Assembly (NCBI GenBank): GCA_051362555.1
Contig: CM120649.1
Span: 17,994,567-18,058,566, forward strand
Direction: 5' to 3'
Source of the DNA: Lingula anatina
Lineage: Eukaryota > Animalia > Brachiopoda
Length of the DNA: 64,000 nucleotides
Every line of letters begins with the position of its first letter. The first letter of the stretch is position 1. Below are positions 35,954-48,600 of the stretch, in pieces. The notes under the pieces are model-generated. The model was given only the letters and a program-made list of their open reading frames with translations. It was not told the origin of the DNA and did no database searches. Position numbers and translations under genes: made by a program.

Positions 35954-38900
35954 AAGAGAGAGATATTATATAGGGAGTAGATCGGTGTCGAAACAAAAAC
36001 GAGTTATGTCAACGCCATATTGTATTAGGTTTGACGACGTTCATAATCTTCACCGTGAACAACCAACACATTATGTCTGGCGCACCTAACGCACTGTTAT
36101 TTCTCAACAGCCATTGCGATGCTTGCAGAAGCATACACTGACGTTGACGAAAGATCAAGGGCCATGGCTAAGGCTTTTGGAGGGTATGCATTCGGTGTTA
36201 TATGTAAGTAACACCTTTCATGTCAACTATCTTTCTCTCTCTTTATCTCTCTCTTGATCTCTCTCCCTGTCTGTCTTTCTACATGTCAGCCGTCTGTTTA
36301 ACTATGACTATGATAATTTCTTTTTTTCTTCTGCCCATTTTTTCTCCAAGTGTTTTTCTATAATTTCAAATGATTTTAATCGAACTCTGTCAAATTCCTT
36401 TTATGCAAATTCCCGACGTACTTTTTCTCCTTAATCAATCCAGGTTTACAAGGTAATAATTGCATCTTTTTGTGCGTCAAAAGTACATATTATTAAAAAA
36501 GATCTTATCTACTGAAAATGCATTATCAACCATGTACATGCAACCTAGATGACACAAGATGACGTCATATTTCAGTTGGATTTCCACTGGGGACGTTCAC
36601 TTATCAGTTTCTGGGCAAAGAGTTTCCCTTCCTGATACTCGCTGGCATTAACGTGTTAGACGCAGGTGAGAAGACGTGTTCACCACAGAAACAAATTCAA
36701 CTGGAAATGTGACTGCATGACGTCACTAGATTGTTTTGCATGAAAAGTACAGTTGTAAAGCTCTGAGGCCAGCATGGGCTGTCTGTATAATATAGTCGTT
36801 TGGTGACGTCATTTATATTATTTCCAGTCTAATTTGTTACTGTTTTTTTCACGTCTTCCTTGCTGTTAGATGTTTAATTCCGTTACTTCTTGCTCGAATC
36901 GTGTCTCTGAAAAATCTGGTGTAATCCATGCAGGCATCGAGGAATTTGGTTTCGTTTAAACCAGGAGCCTTCATTGAGCAGCTGCAGCAGATAACAGTTT
37001 TGCGTGCATTAGGACGCAAACAGACTTAAGATGGTCTTTGTAATATAACTTTTTATTTGAGAATATAAATCAAAACATACAATTTAATCCATTTCATATC
37101 ATTTATACTTATCGTAGCAGTACGGTTGTGCTTTTAGATGTCGATGAACGTTTGGGTTTAGTTTTTTTGTTTTTTTAATTTGTCAACGGATCTTGAATAT
37201 AAGACACATTAACTGCCATAATTAAATGAATATATTCCCATATGCGCGTTTGCATGCGCACGGGGTAGAAACACCTTTCACATTTGTCAGTTCTCTTCCA
37301 GTTTTTAGACTGATCATCGTGGTTCCGGAAAAACTGGTAGGTATACAGTGGCGGTACACTAAATGCAGCATGATGCACATTTTAATAAATACGTTTACAC
37401 AAGACTGTACATGACCAAGTAAACAGTAAATGTAACGAGCGCTGTTCAAAATACAGATCAAAAACGATTAAATGCCCAAACATTTAAAACACGGGCTCAG
37501 CTTATGTTTTCATTACGACGTAAGGCATGAATAAGAGGCCGTGCAGGTCAATGAAACATTCCTTATAAAATGAATGAAATTATGGATCTAAAAGAGTTGT
37601 AAATTCTAATTTTGATTATAATCTGAAAGGATTAAGGATTAAAGGATTTTTTTTTAAAGGGTGGGATATTCAAAACAATAAAGCTGTATCAGTTATTATG
37701 ATCAGATTAAAATAAAAGCCTTTAAAAATGTCTAAATAATTCATTTGCAGTTCTTAAATCAGGTTTACATCATGATGTAGAATTCATATTTTTCATCTGA
37801 TTTTTGAATACAACTGGTGGATATACTGTAAATTGTTTTGGGCTTCAGTCCAATGATTTTTTTTATCTGTACGCAGGTTGAACCTTCATCTTATGGGGCG
37901 TGGAGTGACTTTAAAGAGTTACTGGTTGACCCGTACATTGAGCTGGGACTCGGTAAGGGCATTATATTGGGTTTCTGGAATTAAGAAAACCCTTAGAGAG
38001 TAAAATAGATATAGATATAGATAAAATAAATGTCAAGAGATTATATTTTTTTCGAAAGTATTTGGTTGTGCAAATCATACACGATAGTGTGTTTTAACAA
38101 AGGCTGTACGTATTTATACAGGCCTACAAAGATTTCACACATGGCTCTTCCATGACTTTTGTACTCTAGGGAAGACGTTTTTAAAATACATTACTCAATT
38201 TCAGTAACCCAGCAATGCTAGAGTAAATATCATTTTTGCTAAAAAAAGTAATGATTATCCTATTAAACATGTATACACCATATGGGAATACGCAATGACA
38301 ACGATGCTAACAACAAGCGTTGCTGTTGTGGCAATGTTGTAGTCACGTTACTCCCACGAGGATATTTTTTCAAATGTTCATATGTGATGCATGTGCAGGT
38401 TACACCTTGATGTACACCCTTAGTTTAGGAGCCAGCCTCGCCATTGCACCGCCCTGGATAATGGAGGAACAATTCGGGATGGTTTGGGAAATAGGTGAGT
38501 CTTTTTTCTTTTTTGTAATTTTTATTTACTTAAAAATAGTTTTGTATCTGCGTACAGCGGGATTTGGTCCTAACAATGCACAACAGTTCACGACGTTTGC
38601 AGGAACACGCGGTATCATACAATACCTCTTCATCAAACAAAATGACATAAGAAATCATGAAATTTTCTTCACAAGATTAACTACCTGCGACGATATTTTG
38701 ATGACAATATCTTCCTGTTTAATATATATATATATTTTACCATTGTTTTACATTGTAGGTGCCGTATTCCTGATAGCAGGGACACTTCAGTTTATAATCC
38801 AGTTCATACTAGGACATATAACAAGAAAAGAATGTTGGTAGGCTGTTTTTGTATAGGACCCATAAACTCCGGTATTGATGGTGAAGCAACCAATAACGTT

Positions 38901-40907
38901 ATAGCTAGTGTGGTGATTTAATTTTCGCGAAGTGATAAGGTGACGATTCCTTGATACCTGTATTTTATATTTCTAGCAGAGGTGATGGTATCGTGGCTTG
39001 TAAACGTTACTAAATATATTTTTATTAGAAAAAAAGGTCATATAAACGTTGAATGGGAGATGCTCCCTGGAAGCCATAAACGAATGTGTGTGTGTTTTTA
39101 CATTGCAGGTGGATATTTGCAGCAGTTGGCCTCCTCCTTAATGGGTTAGCTTACATATGGGTACGTGTATGTTTTTAGCGTTGGATCATGACACGCACAC
39201 GCACGTGCAAGCACACTTATGCACCCACACTCGTGCACACGCGTAGCATATTTGATTGACAGATGGGTGATTGAACACAAAGCCGTATGTCTGAAGGTGT
39301 GTGTGTGTGCGTGTGTGTGTGTGTGTGTGCCCGAGAGTGTGTGCATTTGTTAGTGTGTTTGTGCGCCCGTGCGCGGGTGTATTTTTAATGCAATTTAAGA
39401 TACCGGTATGAATACGAGGTTCATGAGTTGTTTTTTCCTTTTTTTCCTTAGTACCCATTCACCTCCTCTGTATGGGTGAACATTGGCCCCCAGAGCTTGA
39501 TATACATAGGGTTCGGGTTTGCCAACACTGTGATAGCTCCTATTATGGGCGACTTGGTGGAGATACGACACAGAGCCGAGTACGGGCAGGTGTACGGTCT
39601 AACCAGTGGTGCTTATTCCTTGGGTTTTATAACAGGTGAGTAAGTAGAATTTGTAACTGGCATCATTGATTACACACGGTCTCCAGGTCGGCATAAAACC
39701 CACCAAATACACACACACACACACACACATACACACACACACACACACACAGTGCAAAGGGCCTATGTGTTAGTTTGTTCCGTTACAAAACCATCAAACT
39801 GGATTTGTATTATGTATTCCTTCATTCTTGTTTTATTAAGAAATGATAATCGGATTCATGTTTTTATTGATTGCTTCTTTCAGGCACTGTTGGCGCTGGC
39901 GTACTTGTGGACGTCACATCATTTAACTGGTAATGACAATTATCTGTATACGCCTGTATGTATTTCAACATGGTGTTTTACAAATGCACGATAAATGCCC
40001 CCTGTCTGCAGTTACTTTACCACATAAACAGCAACAACATCATGGTCTTTTACTCTCTATACGTAGCTGTTTTGCTGCGGATTCCCCATTGTATGCGAGG
40101 CCAGGGATTAGTGAGTGTTCGGGTAGAGGTTCTCAAGTACTATCTGTGACGTCATGCACGACGACAGATGACGTCACTTAATTGCAGTTAGGCACAGATA
40201 ACGCGGTTTGAAATCCAGTAGATCCTTAATAATTTCAATTTTGATCCAGCATGTTTAATAATAAAGAATAAGGGCCTAAGTTAATATTTTAAAAGTCCAA
40301 TACATTTTTGTGAATCTGTTGCATTATAATGTAAGCTTGATTCATTTTCTCCATGTTTCACAGGGTGTGTCGCGGCATCCCGGTGTTAATGATCCTGTAC
40401 ACTTGTATCTGCATCCTATTTCGTAACCCTAAAGGCACCAATCTAGACACAGAGGTGAACACTTGATTTCAATCTTTACTGTTGAGAGTGTCACGCTTTT
40501 CATAGAGCGACATGTGACGTCATTATTTCTTCAGTATAATTTGTTGTCACATATTGAATATTTACTATTTTTTTCGATATACTCTATTGTTGTATAGTGT
40601 TGAGTACCGGCGAGCTGTTTGTTAATGTGGCTTTTCTTCGAAAAGGTGAAGCATCACGGGAAAACGATTTTAAATACACGCGTCTTTATCGTGTTACCCA
40701 CGTGACCCATTTTATACAAATATTTTTTTTATCTTTTGTAAAAATGATTACATGTATTATGATATAATTATGGGCTCTGGCATTATAGCAATAACTTGTG
40801 ATTGGTTTCTATTGCAGGACCCGGAAACCTTGAAGTTGGTGGGCAGTGAAAATACGGACAAATATGGCGCCCAAAAGTCACATGATATACCGATGTCTAA
40901 CGAGTGA
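32201..40907 (+). CDS. SLC18/VMAT-like MFS transporter, paralogue A; exons 32201-32384, 34756-34939, 35186-35244, 35650-35733, 36111-36203, 36576-36665, 37302-37336, 37877-37952, 38399-38494, 38759-38837, 39109-39160, 39452-39635, 39884-39929, 40364-40454, 40818-40907
   Basis: 15 GT-AG exons splice in frame. Motifs resemble SLC18A: K..V....KP..G.LIDRVG, SRAMQGVG, AMLAEAYTD.DERSRAM....GG.A.G, LL.DPYI, P.W.ME, PIMGDLVEIRH...YG.VY, RNP. The exon structure is mirrored exactly by paralogue B. Confidence 0.9.
32507..32736. mobile_element. Kolobok-like non-autonomous element in intron 1 of paralogue A
   Basis: TTAA|AGGGATAATAACTCTTCGT ... ACGAAGAGTTATTATCACT|TTAA: TIRs with AG..CT termini and a TTAA TSD. 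A related 5' end occurs at ~31103. Confidence 0.8.
32941..33097 (-). mobile_element. hAT-like MITE, CAGGCCCGTAGCCAG family
   Basis: Ends ...CTGGCTACGGGCCTG and is the reverse complement of the units at 45492-45872. Confidence 0.7.
34229..34682. mobile_element. Two adjacent palindromic MITE units (ATATGGCCGACCC family)
   Basis: Outer arms GG.CCATTCAGAACAA.TTGATCC / GGATCAACTTGTTCTGAATGCGC. The internal GATCAAATATGGCCGACCCACTTGAAAGC / GCTTTCAAGTGGGTCGGCCATATTTGATC is a perfect inverted repeat. Confidence 0.75.
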
Positions 40908-41084
40908 AGAACGGAAATAGGATTTTATTTTATTCATAAGGACGGAAGTCATACACAAACGTCTTCCAATTATATAACTTTATGAATTTGATGTGTTCTA
41001 ATCATTTAAATCTAAACACATTTTTGATACTAGCATTGTTTCCACGTCCAAATATAAAGGAGGTTTCAAAATTCATAAGACTTT

Positions 41085-41612
41085 CCCAGCAGGCAAAGTG
41101 ACGTTGGATCAACGTTGAAAACAGGTTGATACGTTGAACGTTGAATTGCCGTTGATCTACCTAAATTCAACGTAAAATGTAAAATCAACGTTGATCCAGC
41201 CACGTCAAAACACCGTCATAATGTGACGTTCACTCAACGTTGTATTTTGGTCATTGACTCAACGTTGTTGTTTGGTCGTCGTGATGAAAGACATGGATTG
41301 TAATTAAAAATATTAATTATTGAAAACGTGATACTTTGTTTATTAATACTGTAACTAACTTTATCAAAATAATAAAAAAGTGTTTTAAAGTAAAAGTGAC
41401 AGTTGTTTTGTGTCTTTAGTGAACTAGTGAATTCTCTTAACTTGTTATTCAGAAATACATTCCAATAAACTTCCTTGCAAGGTCAGCTAACACTAGGATG
41501 GATAAGTCGCTGTAAGTATGATGGACTGATATTAACAAAGTGACTGATCTCGGTGCCCTGTTATGGATAGACAGGTTGAGGTGACTATGACTATATATAT
41601 ACATAGTTATTT

Positions 41613-41676
<64 letters not shown>

Positions 41677-42091
41677 GCCTATATCTTAACCTTTGAAATC
41701 CTAACTTAAAGGGCATACACATATACACTACGTATATTTAGCCATCAAATATGCACTACCGCTAAACACATCCGGGCTAAAAGCGTGTAACATACTTAGG
41801 TGCAAAACATGCTTAGGAGCTAAATGCGTTGAAAAAATCAGACAAAGCAGGCACTTGGAAGTTTTTACAGTCTATGTTATAATTGTGTACCTGTGTTTTG
41901 TACCAAAAATAAAAACATTTCAGGTCATTTTAATGTCTTTTCATGCAAGAATGTTGTCTAACAATTGGGGTTGATACAATGTTGTTATCTGACGTAGATC
42001 CAACTTTCAAATCCAATGTTTATCCAACGTGTTATCAACGTTATGGTTCATCGTTGTTTCAACGTTAAAACAACATAATTTGCCCGCTGGG
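41085..42091. mobile_element. Non-autonomous EnSpm/CACTA-like element (CCC termini) between the two transporter paralogues
   Basis: TIRs CCCAGCAGGCAAA / TTTGCCCGCTGGG, a 2-bp TT TSD, arrays of subterminal CAACGTT/AACGTTG repeats at both ends, and an internal (TA)n. Confidence 0.8.
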
Positions 42092-42427
42092 TTGTTAAAA
42101 GGAGATCGAAAGTAGTTTAATATGAAGCTGAAGTGTTGATATATTAATAGCATACAATCTGCATTTAGATAATTACTTGTACAATTGCTCTATTCAGTGT
42201 GTCTCTAAGCGATGAATAATGTATTGTATTAACTTATTGTATTATTGCATACAAATTGAATCATCTACATATATAAATTGAATTATCCACATGGATATAA
42301 ACGCTCAAATCTGTGCATAATAACACGGCTGTATACATTGGGCTAGCCATTTGTTTTCCTCCAGCCAACCCGAGCGGCCATTTGGAGACGTCTTGTCAAC
42401 TGTAAAAATATCACTCACGGTGCTTTA

Positions 42428-42642
42428 GAGTGCATTCCCATAGATTTAGATCGATCCATCTAGATCGACCTAACTGCCTGGGGGTTCACACTAAATTGCT
42501 GTCAGCCGACCGCGCACGGTAGTTAATTACCCTCTTACAGCTTTAAGTAGGCGGGACAGACATTTAAGCCGGCTAAGCTGACAGTAATCTAGTGAGACTC
42601 CCCACAGGGATAGATCGATCTAAAACCTGTGGGAATGGGGTC
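42428..42642. mobile_element. PIF/Harbinger-like MITE (TTA TSD)
   Basis: TTA|GAGTGCATTCCCATAG.TTTAGATCGATC ... GATCGATCTAAAACCTGTGGGAATGGGGTC|TTA. A second copy lies at 57177-57378. Confidence 0.8.
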
Positions 42643-42752
42643 TTAGACTTGTGATTACTGTTCTGCGCTGTCGGTTTTCTAATAGTGTTCTATGTGGTTG
42701 CCTATTGCCATTACTGGTCTAATGAGATAGTACGGATGAAGAAAAACAGAAA

Positions 42753-44665
42753 ATGTCTAACGAACTGCTAGACCCAGTAAGTGACGAAAGTGCTGCACAG
42801 GAAGACCCCCAGCAACCGGGACTGTGGTACCGTTTTCGGCGTTCCAACACCCTGATAATCAGTGTAGTGTTTGTAGCGCTTGGACTTGAAGTAGCTCTTT
42901 CGACAACGCTAGGTAGGTGATTCTTCGTTTACATGTATTATACAAGTTGGCATTAGTCCGAACAAACGAGGTAGAGACATGAATTAAACAGTCTTATCAC
43001 CATTACGTTTCACGGGTGACAACAATTAAACCTGATTTGACTGAATTAATAACTGTTGAATAAATAATAATAATATATTATTATTTTTATTGGTGTATTT
43101 AAATTTGCTGTACACATAAATCAAGACAGGATGATAAGTCGGAATTTCGCAACATTTTGAAGCGCAAAAGTTGCCCCTTGCCTGGTTAATTGAAATAAAA
43201 AACATTCTTCTACATTTATGAATATATGTTACGATTTCGCATTGCCTTGGCATTTCAACACGAGCTCCCTTTGCCATACTTTTACCAGTTAGTTCATTTT
43301 TACTAAACTGGATTTACAGCAATCGTTTGTCATTTTATGAAAGTAGTACAATGTCGCGCAAACTGCAGCAGTCCTTTTGTCTTTTTTTTCATGTCACATA
43401 TAGACAAAAAAATAAATAAATAAATAAAAATAATAATAATAATAATAAATGTATGGAGTTCCTCCAATTTCAGGGCAATATGCGTGAAATGCCTTGCAAT
43501 TAAGACTAAATTTAGATGCGTTTGGAGGAAATAAGGGCGTAGATAAAGTCAATTAATACTTAGTAATATCCTGTAATAATGTTCTGCACTGTAAGTTTCA
43601 TATCTCACATTAGACTTATAAGGGCCCATCGATCACTGTAACGTGCTCACTCTCTTCCTTTCCCGACTTGAACTCTGTCCCCATTAATAAAATGAGCTAA
43701 ACAGCATAGAGCAAACTAGTGCAGAACTTCAAATTATCCCCTGAGAAAGCCCCGGGTTGAGTTTTTGCGAGATATTCACTGACATGACTTTGGCTGATTA
43801 ATGACGTAATTTGTACTGTGAACAGCAGAGAAAATGGTCATCTATTAGCTAGAAGCATCTGTGAATATCTGCTGACAAATCTCTCTGTGGCCTTGATGGA
43901 GGGTAGATAAAAACCTTCGGTAGCGTAGGACCACTTTCGAATCTGGTATAGTGAACCGATGCAGCTAAACGTATCGCTCCGCGCGAATTTAGGACTTAAG
44001 CCAAAATGTGCCCGCGTTACTCGTATGTTATGAATTTGTAGAAATGCCACACAGGTCGGTTCTCTGTGAAACACTCGATAGTAGCCGGCTACAGGGTAGT
44101 CGGTTTGGTTAAATCTCTTACATGCACCTAAGCCTAATCAACTTAATGAAAAGGGGCTCCCATTTACGACCAGTAGATTAGTGTCCTAAAAATTTAAGGA
44201 TCAGATACGGCCGACCCACTTGAAAGTTTGTCGCATAGTCCCCTAATAGACAATGAATAGATTCCCCGAGTGGATTACACGACAAGCTTTCAACGGGTCG
44301 GTCTTATTTGATCCTCGGATCTGTTAGTTCTCGTATCAACTTTGGTTGTGAATGCGGCCTATCTGAAGCCCTGGCTCTATATATCGCCATCTAGAGCCCA
44401 TCTTACCCTGCCTGCTGCTGGAAGGGGACACTGGCCAAGACTGCCGTGCTGTCGACAGTGGTCAGGCCAACGTCACCCTGCCCACCATCAACTATGCCGG
44501 AGACGGAGGGATTATCATTGGGATTAAAAACGTGGTGGAAGTGTTCGCTAAACCGCTCTGCGGAGTCGTCATTGACAGGTGAGCTTTTTTTTATTTCTTT
44601 TCGTTTCATTTATTTCTTATTATCCCTTAGTTTCATATCCTACATACTGGGGCTTTTTGCGAAAT

Positions 44666-44700
<35 letters not shown>

Positions 44701-45646
44701 TCTTATGCACTATGCTGTTGTTTGCAGATTTTGTTAAATTGTACAAATAGTATTATATATCGAGGGGAAATACATTGAATTCTATCTTAAAGGTACATAC
44801 GAACCGAGCATTGGTGGAGCGTGGATTCCCAGTAACACATGTAAACCACTTCTACTAGATTCTTATATGACTCAAATAAATTCGACATGCCAAGGAATAA
44901 ACTGAATAGATCACTCGATCAGCCATAAAAGACCTTTAGACTGCTCCTTTCTTTAAATTTTTGGTTGTAAATTTAACCTAGTTTCGTGACCTACTTTCCT
45001 GCCCCATTGACATACAGCTTAGAATGCCAGCAGAAAAATCCGTTCAAACATCATTTTCGGGTAAAATTAAACAATGCCTTTTGGTAATTCTCTTTGTTAT
45101 TCTACTTGAAACTATATGCTGGCATTTGGTTGGTTTTTGTGACAAAAAATTGACTTAGTATGCATCTTTAATTTAGAATTGCTTGTTTGATATCGCCCGC
45201 AATGGTTGGTATGTTTCACATAAAATCGTAATTTATACGAGATTTGTAAAACCTCGAATGAACACGGAAATTAAAGACCTGAACTACTTAACTAGTAGAC
45301 CATTTAACATCCTCACTATTTACGTAGAAATACGCCAAACCAGTGTGCTGTAAAAACACACCCATTCAACATAACCGTCCAAGCGAACCCAGATCAACCA
45401 GGCGAGAAACCAAAAGGGTTATGTTTAAATACACACGTCACCAAGGGCTCTCCAGCTAAATCTTTTAATTATGGCAAAGTGGACTCTTTATCAGGCCCGT
45501 AGACAGCAATTTCAAACGGCGGGGGGGGGGGGGTCTTTTTTTGAAAAAGTGGACCTTTTGCCATGAAACCTTCATTACCTAGATCAAATTTTGCCCAGGA
45601 TGGACCTTGTCCCAGCAAAAAAGGTGTTTTCTTTCGAACAACCCGA

Positions 45647-45677
<31 letters not shown>

Positions 45678-48600
45678 CAGGCCCGTAGCCAGCAATTTCA
45701 AAAGGGGGGTTCTTTTTCTGAAAAAAGTGGACCTTTTCCCATAAAAACCATCATGTACCTAGATAAAATTTTACCCAGAGTGGACCTTTTCCCAGCAAAA
45801 AAGGTGTTTTCTTTAGAACAACCCGACCCCCCCCCCCCCCCCCCCCACACACACACCCCTGGCAACGAGCCTGGACCCAGTGGCACCAGTTTTGTAACAG
45901 TTAGAATGGCTCCTGGAAGAGAGCCAGATGGTCATAAGAGTAAAACACTTGTATACATGCTATATTTTACAGCTTTTATTTTCAGATTTGGACACAGACG
46001 ACCCCTTCTCTTTGGCTCTATAATAACTGTATTTGCAACATTGGGTGAGTTTGCGCAGTTGATGTTAGTACAGTTTGAGACAATATCTGACTTCGGTCTT
46101 TGTGCTGACATTAATAAAAGGCGCCAAATTTGTTTTTGGAAAATTTACAACAGCAGCCTAATAACGTTACGATAAGATGGGATTAAATGCTTTTCATAAC
46201 TTGAACTACTTCTTCTTTCAGGGTTTGCTTTCCTCAGTGGGATGCCGATGTTACTGCTGTCCCGCTCTCTTCAGGGGCTGGGGTGTAGTCTTACCACAGT
46301 AGCCGGTAAGGTTTAATGGCAGGTCGTGCACCTTTTGGGTGGGTGGGGGATTTTTTTTTTTTTTTTTTTTTGGAGAGGGGGTTAGGGGAATAATCGCAGA
46401 GCCACGTACACTTCTACGATATCATTTTTTTCTTAAAAGTGTTATAAAAAATAAAAACATAACATAACATAACATAACATAACATAATCCTTCTACTAAC
46501 ACCAAGTATACTTGTAGGCCTATGTCTCTTTACCAGGTATAGCTATGCTGGCAGAGGTTTATACTGACGATAATGAGAGGTCTAAAGCCATGGCCAAAGC
46601 CTTCGGGGGGTATGCAGTGGGAGTCATGTGTAAGGAATTGAACCGAAATGTTAAAATAATATTTTTTTTGTCGGGCTGTATTGGGAGTTAATTCCCTTCA
46701 AACTTTCTCTCTCTTTCTCCAATTGTAGAACTTAATATGAAAAATCAAATAATGTGAAAATTTCAGTGAATTTGTTTTTTTTTTCATTCACCAATTGGTG
46801 ATGAAACAATATATAAAACGCCTTTTGATACAATGTTTTGACTGGCAATGCGGCCTGAATTAAAGGAAACCTAAGTGGAAAAAGTCTCGTATTGTATACA
46901 GGTAAACCCACGTGTGCCATCCATAGCCCTATGTGGCATCGCCGCAGGTAGCCAATGAAGTCAAACAAAGCAAATGGCAAAATAATGACGTTAATGCCAG
47001 CAGTAAGAGGTTTAAAGCAGTTTAACCCCATAAAACAGCCATTTTTAATTGTAATTATGTTAAGTTAATAACTTGCAACCAAAATCAACATTCGTATAAT
47101 TTTATTTCAATAAAACTTGCCGTTCATACATTTTAATTAAAATTTTCAGTTGGATATCCATTCGGAAGTTTCACGTACCAGTTCTTTGGAAAGGAGATGC
47201 CGTTTTTAATTCTGGCATTTATTAACGTCCTAGATGCAAGTAAGTTCTAGAACTTCTAGCCTACTTTTATTCTCTTCTCTGTGAGGTGTTTAAAATAGTA
47301 AAACTGATCATCAATTGCAATCGGTATCCTTGTAATTTGCCTGAGTTTCTCCACATTGCATAATGAATCCTCACCGTATACTTATCTTCTTGACTCTTCT
47401 TTTTCATCGCTTTCTATATTAAATCTTTACAATGGAATTTAGATATACTTGACTTGGTACGTATACTGTACATGTACACGGAAATCGTTGCACCCTAAAC
47501 AAGTATTTACATGTACGTGCAAATGTCACTGATATATAAAGCGATAATATAGATTGATGGTGAGGTTAACTGAAAGTTGATTATTTTGTGTAAAGTAGGC
47601 CTTATTGTTTTATTTCCTTTTTTTCAGTTTTCCGTGTAATAATTGTAGCCCCTGAAAAACTGGTAGGTATCTCCAATAACCCTATCGATACGAATGATAA
47701 AATGTTAATGATATGATAAATCGTGAAAGCAAAAAATGCTCATTCTAGGGAAATAAATTCAACAGCTATATTTGAATTGATAGATTTTATTTAGGCACAA
47801 TGAATTATTATTCGAGTCAAAGGCAGGTATGGAGGGGTGATTTGTGTCTGCGTGCGTCCTTGACAGCGTGCGCGTGCGTGCTTGTGTTTGGCGGGGTTGG
47901 AAGAAAATTCGAATTACACGTTGACTTTTAGAATTCAGACAACAATATTTCAAAACTATTAGGCTCAAGCGCAAGTGAACATACATTTCCCTAGTACTTC
48001 TGTACTTGTGTTTTTGGTCCTCCAGGTTAAGCCGTCTTCTCTCGGTGCTTGGAAAGACTGCAAAGAGCTGCTAACAGACCCATACCTAATTCTTGGTTTC
48101 GGTAAGAACGCCATCGAACCATTTTAAGTAACCTGTGGAATTACATAAGTCCCGCATTCATTAGTTCTGTCAAAAATATTTTAACGCTACTACAAGTGAA
48201 AATAATAACAACTGGGTATTAGTTAGAGTTTATGAAATAGTTTGCCGCTGAAGCGCTTGATAGCGATGTCGTCTTATATATCCTACATATCTGCCAAATA
48301 ATTGCACTGACCACTAGCACTTTATTTTTTGCTAGGCTACACAATCATGTACACCCTGGGTATAGGAGCTAGTCTGGCTATAGTATCACCCTGGATATTA
48401 GAAGAACAGCTTGCGCGAGTGTGGGAGATAGGTAAGCTGAGCGTGTTTCACAGGGCGATGCCCCATTGTGTAAGCTTACTTTGCAATAATCGCAATTCGT
48501 ACGTTTATCCTAAAAGCTACAAATTCGTTTCAAGAAATTTAAGAGTTTAGGGCCTAATTTGGAACAGACGTTTGGATGCATTGATTTGGCTGAACGAAAA

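Noticed and set aside
45591-46175. 194-aa ORF with poly-Pro
   Set aside because: Read-through of two tandem MITE units into transporter B exon 3; not a separate gene.
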